From: Planctomycetota bacterium
GTDB taxonomy: Bacteria; Planctomycetota; Phycisphaerae; Sedimentisphaerales; Anaerohalosphaeraceae
Length of the DNA: 45,048 nucleotides
Assembly: GCA_023143375.1 (NCBI GenBank)
Contig: JAGLHQ010000027.1
Location: forward strand, 1-45,048
Direction: 5' to 3'
Part shown: positions 27,547 to 36,038 of the stretch, in pieces
Layout: every line of letters begins with the position of its first letter
How positions within the stretch are numbered: the stretch's first letter is position 1
Notes under the pieces: model-generated
The model's input: only the letters and a program-made list of their open reading frames with translations
Told to the model about the DNA's origin: nothing
The model's database searches: none
Position numbers and translations under genes: made by a program

Positions 27547-27556
27547 TCGTGGTTCC
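27526..27556 (-). repeat. Family A repeat, copy A3 (right inverted arm; supplies the SD, ATG and MNTNEHE of the GxxExxY gene)
   Basis: The minus strand reads GGAACCACGAATGAACACTAATGAACACGAA. Confidence 0.85.
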
Positions 27557-27577
27557 TTTTTCGTCAGCGGCTGCAAA

Positions 27578-28678
27578 CTAACTCAAAAACGCAAGCAGCG
27601 TATCCGCCGTAAAATCTTTCATCTCATCGGTCAGTTCAGGATAGACCGGCAATGCGATCACTTCCTTGCAAGCCTTCTCTGTTTCCGGCATATCGCCTTG
27701 CTTATATCCAAGATATTCAAAACACTTCTGCATATGAAGCCCAAGCGGATAATAAACACAACAACCGATATTATTCTCACGCAGATGCGCGAGCACCTCG
27801 TCACGCTTCGGCACACGAACCACATACTGGTTATAGATCGAAACACAATCCGCCTCGATATAAGGCGTCTCTACAACCGAACCGGCAAACTTTTTATTAT
27901 AATACGCCGCGTTGTCCCTGCGACCCTGCGACCACTCGTCAAGATATTGCAGCTTAACGAGCAACCCCGCAGCCTGCAGTGCATCAAGCCGGAAGTTACC
28001 GCCGACAACCTCATTAAAATATTTATGCCCGCCGCCGTGGTTCCGCATTATCAAAAGGTCTTTCTTAACTTCTTCGTCATTGGTAACCGTCATGCCGCCG
28101 TCACCGATACCGCCAAGATTTTTGCTCGGATAAAAACTAAAACACCCGATCATCCCGAAGCTGCCCGCCTTCTTACCCTTGTAGCTGCTGGTAACAGACT
28201 GCGCCGCATCTTCGATAACATACAAGTTGTGCTTCTTGGCGATCGCCATAATAGCATCCATATCCGCCATCTGGCCAAAAAGGTGAACCGGCAAGATAGC
28301 CTTGGTCTTATCGGTTATCGCCGCCTCTATCTTCGACGGATCAATGTTATATGTCTTAGGATCGATGTCCACAAACACAGCCTTTGCTCCCGACCTGTGA
28401 ATACATCCCGCTGTCGCAAAAAACGTAAACGGCGTCGTAATAACCTCGTCGCCTGCGCCGATACCAAGAGCCATCAAACTCATCAAGATAGCATCGGTAC
28501 CGCTCGACGCGCCAACCCCGTATTTACAATCGCTCGACGCCGCGATCTTTTCTTCAAGCTCGACAACCCGCGGGCCGTTGATACATATCTGAGAATCAAG
28601 AACCTCAGTTACCGCTGCCAACATCTCGTCCCTGATCTTCGCGTACTGCGCCTTTAGATCCAATAATGGTACTTGCAT
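27578..28678 (-). CDS. DegT/DnrJ/EryC1-family PLP sugar aminotransferase (WbpE-like)
   Basis: 'GTDAILMSL', 'VIEDAAQS', PLP-Lys 'SFYPSKNLGGIGDGG', 'MRNHG'. Confidence 0.85.
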   Translation of the reverse strand: MQVPLLDLKAQYAKIRDEMLAAVTEVLDSQICINGPRVVELEEKIAASSDCKYGVGASSGTDAILMSLMALGIGAGDEVITTPFTFFATAGCIHRSGAKAVFVDIDPKTYNIDPSKIEAAITDKTKAILPVHLFGQMADMDAIMAIAKKHNLYVIEDAAQSVTSSYKGKKAGSFGMIGCFSFYPSKNLGGIGDGGMTVTNDEEVKKDLLIMRNHGGGHKYFNEVVGGNFRLDALQAAGLLVKLQYLDEWSQGRRDNAAYYNKKFAGSVVETPYIEADCVSIYNQYVVRVPKRDEVLAHLRENNIGCCVYYPLGLHMQKCFEYLGYKQGDMPETEKACKEVIALPVYPELTDEMKDFTADTLLAFLS

Positions 28679-28826
28679 TCCAAATTACTCCGTTCCTTTT
28701 TTAAACTTATTGTATGTTTTTTGGCCTGCCGATTCGTCCGCAAACACTTCTGCGTCTTCACCGGCCTTGAGACATCCCAATGCCCCGCCCCATTAACTTA
28801 TCCATCACTCTATTCTGACGCAGTCA

Positions 28827-28897
28827 GAATAGTTTTGGTCATTTGAATTTCCGTATTAGTATTTGTTTAGAATTTCGAATTTAGTGCTTAGAATTTG
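28827..28897 (+). repeat. Family E repeat, copy E1
   Basis: The blocks aatagtttt...agtatttgtttagaattt...agt... are shared with E2. It is preceded by the hairpin ATTCTGAC-GCA-GTCAGAAT (28812-28830). Confidence 0.75.
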
Positions 28898-28913
28898 GGT
28901 AAATAGCCCATGG

Positions 28914-29918
28914 CTATTTTCCATGATCCTTCAATATCTTCTCGCGTTCTGCGATCACCATATCCGTATCCGTCATCATCTCAGCAAGCTGCTTAAACGA
29001 AACCTTAGGCTCCCATCCAAGCACCTTTTTCGCCTTAGTCGCATCTCCCAGCAAAAGGTCAACCTCAGTCGGACGGTAATAACGCGGATCGATCTCGACA
29101 TACTTTTCCCAGTCAAGATCGAGATGCCCGAACACCTCATCAAGAAACTCGCGAACAGAATAAGTATGCCCTGTAGCGACTACATAATCGTCAGGCTTGT
29201 CCTGTTGAAGCATCAACCACATCGCCTCGACATAATCGCCCGCAAACCCCCAGTCACGTTTAGCGTCAAGATTACCCAGAAAAAGCTTCTCTTGAAGACC
29301 AAGCTTAATCCGCGTCGCCGCACGCGTTATCTTACGAGTAACAAAAGTCTCACCCCGACGAGGCGACTCATGATTGAACAGTATCCCGCAACACGCAAAC
29401 AGATCGTACGCCTCACGATAATTAATCGTCTGCCAATGGCTATAAACCTTGCAACAGCCGTAAGGACTCCGCGGATAAAAACCCGTCGTCTCAGTCTGAG
29501 GCGTTTCGAGAACCTTACCGTACATCTCACTGCTCGATGCCTGATAAAACCTCGGCGGCGTCTTCATCGTCCTGATCGCCTCAAGAACCCTTAACGTCCC
29601 AAGCGCATCGGTGTCAGCCGTGTAGATCGGCATATCGAAACTAACCCGAACATGGCTCTGTGCACCGAGGTTATAAACCTCGTCCGGTTTAATATCATGG
29701 ATCACTTTCGAAAGATCGCCGCCGTCGGTCAGATCGCCATAGATCAGTTTCAGCTTAGGCTGATCGTGAGGATCCTTATACAAATGATCGATCCTCCCCG
29801 TATGAAACGACGAGCTGCGTCGAATTATCCCATAAACCTCATAACCCTTATCAAGAAGAAGCTCTGTAAGATAAGATCCGTCCTGACCCGTAATCCCTGT
29901 TATCAATGCCTTTTTCAT
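28914..29918 (-). CDS. gmd: GDP-mannose 4,6-dehydratase
   Basis: '[22 protein letters not shown]', 'QASSSEMYG', '[10 protein letters not shown]', '[10 protein letters not shown]'. The ATG at 29918 gives the canonical N-terminus; the 17 extra track codons lie in repeat C1. Confidence 0.9.
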   Translation of the reverse strand: MKKALITGITGQDGSYLTELLLDKGYEVYGIIRRSSSFHTGRIDHLYKDPHDQPKLKLIYGDLTDGGDLSKVIHDIKPDEVYNLGAQSHVRVSFDMPIYTADTDALGTLRVLEAIRTMKTPPRFYQASSSEMYGKVLETPQTETTGFYPRSPYGCCKVYSHWQTINYREAYDLFACCGILFNHESPRRGETFVTRKITRAATRIKLGLQEKLFLGNLDAKRDWGFAGDYVEAMWLMLQQDKPDDYVVATGHTYSVREFLDEVFGHLDLDWEKYVEIDPRYYRPTEVDLLLGDATKAKKVLGWEPKVSFKQLAEMMTDTDMVIAEREKILKDHGK

Positions 29919-29964
29919 ATCCGTCCTTAATATTCCATATATTATCAAAAATACATTACATCTT

Positions 29965-30027
29965 GTCATTCCAGCGAAAGTCGTAGATGCCTTAGTTTAC
30001 GCCCAAGGTGGTGCTGGAATCCATTTT
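29965..30027 (+). repeat. Family C repeat, copy C1 (long-loop hairpin upstream of gmd)
   Basis: gtcattccagcgaaagtcgtagat...gctggaatccattt. The ATTCCAGC/GCTGGAAT stem encloses a loop of about 38 nt. Confidence 0.8.
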
Positions 30028-30091
30028 TACATTTGTAACTTGTATCACCCAGCCAAATCAGCCGTAGGGTGTGCTTTAGCACACGCGGAAA

Positions 30092-31039
30092 CTAAACAAC
30101 ACCAAATATTTTCTCTTTATACCAATCAACTTCCGCTTTCACGCCGTCGACAAGCTTTGTCTTAGGATCATACCCCAACAACCGTCTTGCCTTATCGATA
30201 TTAGCAAACGTTCTGAGCTGATCCCCTTGCCTCGGCGACGTCAGCTTATACTTGCCCTTCTTACCCAATGCATCCTCGACAGCCTTGATCCCGTCAGCGG
30301 TACTCCGCTCCTGGTCCCAGCCGATATTTATTATCTCTCCGACGCAACTTTCCATGTTCTCAAGCACCGCGACAAACCCGTCGACAATATCGTCAACATA
30401 AGTAAAACTCCGAAGATGCTTTTTGCTCCCCTCGTAAAGCGGAAACTCCGTATCTTCAAGAATACTCTTGATAAGCTTCGGATAAAGTTTCTCGGGCCGT
30501 TCCCTTGGGCCGTAAACAGAAAACAATCGCAGCGAACAAACCGGCATGTCGTTTTCGGCCCCAAAGGTAAGCGCCATTCGCTCTGCCGCTAATTTCGTAA
30601 CCCCATAAAAAGATGCGGGCTCCGGAACAGTCTCTTCGCTCTCGGTGGCATACTTACCGTAAACAGAAGACGTAGACACATTGACAAACATCTTCAAACA
30701 CGACGACCCCTTCAAGGCATCCAGCAATCTATGCGTTGCCGTTATATTATTTCGTTTATAATCCTCAAAACTCGTCGCATCGCTTATCCCCGGCTGAGCA
30801 GCACAATGATAAACAACCTCGACACCTTTAACAGATTCGCAAAGATCGGACTCCGCAAGATCAAGCTCAAATATCCGAGCACCGCTTTTCTTTACATCAG
30901 CCGCATTAAGATCCTTAAGGCTCCGCGCATAATAATCGCTAAAACAATCCAGACCGATCACCTCGTGCCCCGTCTTAGCCAATCGCTCAGACAAATGAGA
31001 ACCGATAAACCCCGCTGCACCCGTAACAAGTATCTTCAT
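30092..31039 (-). CDS. Extended-SDR NAD-dependent epimerase/dehydratase (possibly UDP-glucuronate 4-epimerase-like)
   Basis: 'VTGAAGFIGSHL', 'STSSVYG', 'YGVTK', 'LRLFSVYGPRERP'. The substrate is not determinable from sequence alone. Confidence 0.65.
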   Translation of the reverse strand: MKILVTGAAGFIGSHLSERLAKTGHEVIGLDCFSDYYARSLKDLNAADVKKSGARIFELDLAESDLCESVKGVEVVYHCAAQPGISDATSFEDYKRNNITATHRLLDALKGSSCLKMFVNVSTSSVYGKYATESEETVPEPASFYGVTKLAAERMALTFGAENDMPVCSLRLFSVYGPRERPEKLYPKLIKSILEDTEFPLYEGSKKHLRSFTYVDDIVDGFVAVLENMESCVGEIINIGWDQERSTADGIKAVEDALGKKGKYKLTSPRQGDQLRTFANIDKARRLLGYDPKTKLVDGVKAEVDWYKEKIFGVV

Positions 31040-31308
31040 AAATTAACCTATAACCTTCACGATAAAATCTTTTAAATCAGTGAAATCAGTGGATAGACCT
31101 GTAACAAGCCCCAGCCGAAGGCTGGCTCCATATTTCTTTCCTCTGCGTCCTCTGTGCTCTCTTTTTCCGTGTTGAGCGTAGCGAAATCCAGCGCAGCTGG
31201 AGTGAAACTCGCCGAAAGAGAGCCTCTGGCGGATGGCAAAAACAACCACTGTTACATTTCTACTGTTCGCTGTCTGCGTAAGCAGCAACTAATTTAAACG
31301 CAAAACCT

Positions 31309-31339
31309 TTTTATTTAATTAGTGTCTATTAGTGTTCAT
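31309..31339 (-). repeat. Family A repeat, copy A4 (orphan)
   Basis: The minus strand reads GGAACCACGAATGAACACTAATAGACACTAA, giving the mini-ORF M-N-T-N-R-H-stop. It lies 18 nt after the ugd stop. Confidence 0.85.
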
Positions 31340-31356
31340 TCGTGGTTCCTTTTCCA

Positions 31357-32658
31357 CTACCCACGACCAATGCTATGATACTCAATTCCCTGCTTGCGAA
31401 CATACGCCGGCTCGTAAAGATTTCGACCGTCAAAAATAACCGCCTTATTTAATTTCTCTGCGATCACATCGAAGTCCGGAGTCCGGAACTCCTGCCACTC
31501 TGTAAATATCACCAACGCATCGGCACCGTCCAGCACGTCATAGCTCTTTTCGACTGTTGTTATAGCACCGTCAAGCTCTTCGCTCGCTTCCTTCATCGCC
31601 TCAGGATCATAAGCAACCACTTCCATGCCAGCCGCCAAAAATTTCCGTATACAACGTATCGAAGGAGCCTCACGTACATCGTCGGTCCTGGCCTTGAACG
31701 CAAGCCCCCAAACCGCAAGCTTTTTACCCGATGCATCATCGCCAAAATAATCCAGCACCCTCTGTGCGAATTTATCCTGCTGCCTGTAATTAACATGCTG
31801 AACAGCCTGAGCTATCGTCATCGGATACCCAACAGCATCGCCCATAAACTCCAGAGCCTTTACATCCTTAGGAAAACAGCTTCCGCCGTATCCGACGCCG
31901 GGAAACAAAAACGAACTGCCGATACGCGAATCGCTACCGATACCCGCTCGTACATTCTCAATATCTGCGCCGTACTTCTCGCACAATCCGCTAAGCTCAT
32001 TCATAAACGATATCCGAGTCGCAAGCATAGTATTCGCTGCATACTTGCTCATCTCAGCACTGGCAGTGTCCATAAAAAGTATCCGGCTGCTCTTACGCAT
32101 AAACGGAGCGTACAACTGACGCATGATCTCTCTGACCTCTTCTTTTTCGTTACCGATGATGATCCTGTCAGGCTTCATAAAATCATCGACCGCAGAACCC
32201 TCTTTCAAAAACTCAGGGTTGCTAACATAATCGAACTTTTGTTTCGTCTTAGAACTCATCACGTCGGCCACCTTTTTGCCCGTGCCCACAGGAACAGTGC
32301 TTTTGGTAACCACTATCCTGTAACCGTCCATGCACTCGGCGATCTTACCGGCAACATCCAGCACCGCCGATATATCCGCCGACCCGTCCGCAGAGCTTGG
32401 TGTTCCAACGCCGATAAAGATAACCTTAGAGTTATTAACTCCCTCGCTAATATCCGTCGTAAAGACTAGCCGTCCGTCGGACTCGTTCTTTTTAACGATC
32501 TCGGTAAGCCCCGGCTCATAGATCGGGATCACGCCTTTTTTAAGTGCGTCGATCTTCTTCTTATCGTTGTCAATACAGATAACATGATTACCGCCCTCTG
32601 CCAGACAACCCGCCGCCACAAGACCTACATATCCTATTCCGACTACTGCTATCTTCAT
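31357..32658 (-). CDS. ugd: UDP-glucose 6-dehydrogenase
   Basis: 'KIAVVGIGYVGLV', catalytic Cys 'GGSCFPKDV', 433 aa. Its ATG overlaps the upstream stop (ATGA). Confidence 0.85.
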   Translation of the reverse strand: MKIAVVGIGYVGLVAAGCLAEGGNHVICIDNDKKKIDALKKGVIPIYEPGLTEIVKKNESDGRLVFTTDISEGVNNSKVIFIGVGTPSSADGSADISAVLDVAGKIAECMDGYRIVVTKSTVPVGTGKKVADVMSSKTKQKFDYVSNPEFLKEGSAVDDFMKPDRIIIGNEKEEVREIMRQLYAPFMRKSSRILFMDTASAEMSKYAANTMLATRISFMNELSGLCEKYGADIENVRAGIGSDSRIGSSFLFPGVGYGGSCFPKDVKALEFMGDAVGYPMTIAQAVQHVNYRQQDKFAQRVLDYFGDDASGKKLAVWGLAFKARTDDVREAPSIRCIRKFLAAGMEVVAYDPEAMKEASEELDGAITTVEKSYDVLDGADALVIFTEWQEFRTPDFDVIAEKLNKAVIFDGRNLYEPAYVRKQGIEYHSIGRG

Positions 32659-33623
32659 TTGTCTCTACCTTTCAAGTCTTCGATTATTATTTCAAGCATC
32701 TCTTCGAGGCTCGTCTTTGGTTGATAACCTATCGCTTCTTTTATCCTCTCAAGACACGGCACACGCCGCTGCATATCGTCAAACGCCACACCATAAGCCT
32801 TTTCGTAAGAGATGCGATCTTTACCACTCTTGCTGGAAGTCATTTTTATCACAAGGTCAGCCAGCTCATTAATGCTGATCTCTCTATCCGAACCGATATT
32901 TAAAACCTTGCCAATTGCATCTTCGCTTACCGCAAGTTTGCCTATAGCCTCAACAACATCCCCAACATACGTAAAACTCCGGCTCTGCTTGCCGTCACCG
33001 TACACCTGGATCGTTTCGTTCTTCAACGCCTTCTCAACAAACCGAGGAACAACCATCCCGTAATGACCAACCTGCCTTGGCCCGATAGTATTGAACAGCC
33101 GGCACACAACAACCTCAAGCCCGTATTGCTTGTGATACGCAAACGCCAAAAACTCGTCTATCGCCTTGCTGCACGCATACGACCAACGCGAAAACATCGT
33201 ACTGCCTAAAATCGTATCGTCGTCTTCATGGAAAGGAACATTTTCGCTCTTTCCATAGACCTCGCTCGTCGATGTGATAAGTACCTTCTTCGAATACTTA
33301 TTCGCATACTCAAGCACGATCTCGGTCCCGTGAATATTAGTCTCGATAGTATGCACAGGCCTGTCAACGATAAGCTGAACACCGACCGCCGCCGCAAGAT
33401 GAAAAACAACATCGCACTTTTCAATAAGCGGCTCGATAATAACTCTGTTCCGAACGCTGTCTTCGACGAACTCAATTTGTCCACTGTCCAGAAGATGCGC
33501 AATGTTCGAAAGTCTGCCCGTGCTAAGATCGTCGATCACACAAACTTCGTACCCGCCTCCCAAAAGACGCTCACAAAGATGCGACCCGATAAACCCCGCA
33601 CCGCCCGTAACCAATGCCTTCAT
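32655..33623 (-). CDS. Extended-SDR, UDP-glucuronate decarboxylase (UXS/ArnA C-domain)-like
   Basis: 'VTGGAGFIGSHL', 'STSEVYG', 'YACSK'. It is translationally coupled to ugd. Confidence 0.65.
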   Translation of the reverse strand: MKALVTGGAGFIGSHLCERLLGGGYEVCVIDDLSTGRLSNIAHLLDSGQIEFVEDSVRNRVIIEPLIEKCDVVFHLAAAVGVQLIVDRPVHTIETNIHGTEIVLEYANKYSKKVLITSTSEVYGKSENVPFHEDDDTILGSTMFSRWSYACSKAIDEFLAFAYHKQYGLEVVVCRLFNTIGPRQVGHYGMVVPRFVEKALKNETIQVYGDGKQSRSFTYVGDVVEAIGKLAVSEDAIGKVLNIGSDREISINELADLVIKMTSSKSGKDRISYEKAYGVAFDDMQRRVPCLERIKEAIGYQPKTSLEEMLEIIIEDLKGRDK

Positions 33624-33664
33624 AAATTACCGCCAAAAAGATAAAAAACAAATCACAAATCAAA

Positions 33665-33765
33665 CCCTAAACTGACCGCAGGTCAGTACCGCCAACCTGC
33701 TCCGAACTCGCCAAGGGGAGGCGGAACGAGTCACGATTCACAGCCCCAAACTGACCGAAGGTCAG
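33665..33765 (+). repeat. Duplicated hairpin unit CCC(T/C)AAACTGACCG(C/A)AGGTCAG (33665-33686 and 33744-33765)
   Basis: There are two copies 79 nt apart. Each contains a CTGACC-G(C/A)A-GGTCAG hairpin. A third hairpin, GATGGCT-TT-AGCCATC, is at 33767-33782. Confidence 0.8.
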
Positions 33766-34034
33766 CGATGGCTTTAGCCATCCTCGAATCACGAATCACC
33801 AGTCACGAATCACTACCAAGACACACTCCGCCCCCGTCGGTTGCATCAAACCAACGCGCACACCGCTACCACTATATATACAGAGCAATAAGATAGCACA
33901 TTCATACATGATTTCACAGATAAATAACCGAATTAAAACCACACCAAAGAATTGACATAAAGACTTGCAAAACAACAACATACACACACAGAAAAATGGT
34001 ATTAATCACCACGCCAACAACAAAAACATCAATT

Positions 34035-34841
34035 TCACCAGATCATGTCGTAATACGGGCTATACATGGGCAATATAAGGAACATAACCAAGGCCAAAGA
34101 TGATGCCAAAACGTTCGCAAAAACAACCTCTCCCCAACTTACTGTTTTGGTTTCTTCAACCCTAAACAAACGGATCTTACGCTGCGCAATACCTGATAAT
34201 AGTGATAATACAAAGATCATAACAACCGAAAGACCTATTGTCATTAGCCAACGATTTAGGTCATCGTCGTTACACTTAACGTGGTATACTAACATCGAAA
34301 CTAGATAGGGGCCTATACCTCCGGAAAGCACCAAAAATCTATACCAAACTCCGTCATTGGAATCAAAACCAAGCATGTTAAAGCATTCTATCGCGAAAAA
34401 TGCCCCGCCAACAAACAACAATAAACCAAACGATATCACTAACGCTTCCGGCACACCATCTCCGATCAACGCTACCGCATCACCTCGGTTATTGGCAACA
34501 GAGTTGAGATAATAGAATCCATCCTTCAAAATCATGAACACAGCGCCGGTATACAACACTGTCACATAATACTTCCGCCACCGCCAAACGCTCAAAACCA
34601 CAAGCACCCCAACAATCGCCGTTAACGCAGAACCGGCAAAGGTTACAAATATTTCTGAAGAAGAACCTATACAAAATGCTTGCGACCATGAAAAAGGATG
34701 AAAATATATCCGAAGAACCTTACCGCCCGTCATCAAGGCTCCGATAGCATGACCGTGTTCATGTATAAAAAGGGGAAAGCAACGACCAAACACTATCGAA
34801 CCAAGACAAAGAAGCATTGACTTTAATAGCTTGATCCCCAT
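34035..34841 (-). CDS. Polytopic membrane protein with an HExxH motif (peptidase M50B-like)
   Basis: 'FIHEHGHAIGALMTGG' sits at the end of the first hydrophobic segment. There are about 7 TM segments. Confidence 0.55.
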   Translation of the reverse strand: MGIKLLKSMLLCLGSIVFGRCFPLFIHEHGHAIGALMTGGKVLRIYFHPFSWSQAFCIGSSSEIFVTFAGSALTAIVGVLVVLSVWRWRKYYVTVLYTGAVFMILKDGFYYLNSVANNRGDAVALIGDGVPEALVISFGLLLFVGGAFFAIECFNMLGFDSNDGVWYRFLVLSGGIGPYLVSMLVYHVKCNDDDLNRWLMTIGLSVVMIFVLSLLSGIAQRKIRLFRVEETKTVSWGEVVFANVLASSLALVMFLILPMYSPYYDMIW

Positions 34842-34907
34842 ACCAACCTTTATGTTGTAAATATTGTTGTCGTTAGTTGTAATTCCATTTTTTTTCGTTT
34901 AGATCAT

Positions 34908-34950
34908 TAGTATTTTAAAATCCGCGTAATCTGCGTAATCTGCGGTTGCT
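34908..34950 (+). repeat. Family D repeat, copy D1
   Basis: tagtattttaaaatccgcgtaatctgcgtaatctgcggttgc. It lies downstream of the PTPS-like gene. Confidence 0.8.
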
Positions 34951-34971
34951 TTATGTTTTTTACATTTGATT

Positions 34972-35772
34972 TTAGCCTTTATAAGTGCAGTACGCCCGGT
35001 CGGTTTCCCAGATAGTAATGCTCTCAAGCTCCGCCCCAGTAAACTTGCCCTTTAGCTGTTCCCATGCGAACGAAGTAATATTCTCGACCGTCGGATTCTT
35101 ACCCTTTAGCCCAGCCACATCTTCGTTCAAATTTTTATGATCGACGACATTGATAAAGTTATCATCGACGACCCTTTCAAATTTTCCGCCCCAGCCGACC
35201 CCCTCTTCGCTGCCTGCCCGTTTAACCGTAACCTCAACATGATAGTTGTGACCGTGCCCGTTAGGATTTGCACACTTACCGAAATGATCGTAGTTTTCCT
35301 GCTCGCTAAACTTCTCGTTCCAGAGCCGGTGCATCGCCGCAAACTCAAACTTCTCACTAAAATAAAACACGCTGCTATCCTCCGAATCTATCGAAAGTTT
35401 TCTAAACGGATTAACCGACAAAACCAGCTTGCTGAGTTTACTATCCACAAACTCACCGCCGATAGGCCCCCAGCTCTTTTTAAGCAACCGGTAAAGATCG
35501 AAGTAACTAACGCTCTTACCATTACCGAAATTTTCACGCACCTTACTCTCGAACACAGGCACAGCCTTGGCACGTATCGCCTTATCGATCTCGGCAACGT
35601 TAACCACAAACCCCGTATCGCCATCGACCGTACCCTCAAGCTCTGCCATCAATCCAAAATAAATACTTAATCCGTCCCCGCAAGGCTTAGACGTATACGA
35701 ATTGGCCCCAACAACACTTTCACTGCTGAAAGGTTCGACACAAAAACGAACTTCTCTTGCCAACTTATGCAT
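34972..35772 (-). CDS. 6-pyruvoyl-tetrahydropterin synthase family protein, tandem T-fold (degenerate N-half, animal-type C-half)
   Basis: The C-half has 'FEFAAMHRL...FGKCANPNGHGHNYHVEVTV...VDHKNLNEDV...IWETDRAYCTYKG'. The N-half lacks the Cys/His motif. The ATG at 35772 is preferred over the TTG at 35820. Confidence 0.75.
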   Translation of the reverse strand: MHKLAREVRFCVEPFSSESVVGANSYTSKPCGDGLSIYFGLMAELEGTVDGDTGFVVNVAEIDKAIRAKAVPVFESKVRENFGNGKSVSYFDLYRLLKKSWGPIGGEFVDSKLSKLVLSVNPFRKLSIDSEDSSVFYFSEKFEFAAMHRLWNEKFSEQENYDHFGKCANPNGHGHNYHVEVTVKRAGSEEGVGWGGKFERVVDDNFINVVDHKNLNEDVAGLKGKNPTVENITSFAWEQLKGKFTGAELESITIWETDRAYCTYKG

Positions 35773-35930
35773 ATAAAAAAACGCCGGCTCAACCGGCCTC
35801 CACACGACAAGAATGACCAAAGGTTATTCTTGTCGCCTCGCGAAGCGACCCCGAAAGGGGCAAAAAACTCTTTTCATTTTCTTTCTCTGCGGCCTCTGTG
35901 GCCAAAAAAACCTTAATTCGGTGTAAGCCG

Positions 35931-35989
35931 AAATAGTTTTAGTATTTGTTTTTTTGAAATTTGTATTTGTTTAGAATTTAGTATTTTTT
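35931..35989 (+). repeat. Family E repeat, copy E2
   Basis: aaatagttttagtatttgttt...tatttgtttagaatttagtatt. It is preceded by the hairpin TTCGG-TGTAAG-CCGAA (35917-35932). Confidence 0.75.
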
Positions 35990-36021
35990 TTAATCTGTGT
36001 AATCTGCGAAATCCGCGGTTT
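35979..36021 (+). repeat. Family D repeat, copy D2
   Basis: tagtattttttttaatctgtgtaatctgcgaaatccgcggttt. It lies downstream of folE. Confidence 0.8.
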
Positions 36022-36038
36022 CTTTTACACGCTCCACG

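Noticed and set aside
27320-28657. 445-aa plus-strand ORF, the longest non-annotated ORF in the track
   Set aside because: It lies entirely antisense to the well-supported DegT aminotransferase. It is an Arg/Leu/Ile/Thr-rich, low-complexity translation with no motifs and no SD. This is a typical shadow ORF in GC-richer DNA.
28863-29594. 243-aa plus-strand ORF
   Set aside because: It is antisense to gmd. Its N-terminus ('FRISNLVLRI') is just a translation of repeat family E, and the rest is R/L/I-rich shadow sequence.
29919-29969. N-terminal extensions of gmd (to 29969), the PTPS-like gene (to 35820) and folE (to 36665) implied by the ORF track
   Set aside because: The extensions start at non-ATG codons or run into repeat elements (C1, C2). 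The internal ATGs give canonical N-termini, and folE's ATG has an AGAGG SD.
31043-31288. 81-aa minus-strand ORF in the spacer between ugd and the SDR gene
   Set aside because: Its coding sequence is a concatenation of repeat words and hairpins (family B fragment, CCAGCC-GAA-GGCTGG, TCCAGC-GCA-GCTGGA), and no SD was found. It is most likely a spurious translation of repeats.
33796-33987. 63-aa minus-strand ORF in the 410-bp spacer upstream of the UXS-like gene
   Set aside because: It is Cys/Leu/Ile-rich with no SD and no family resemblance, and it sits in an A/C-rich low-complexity stretch. It is probably non-coding, though the spacer may hold a promoter.
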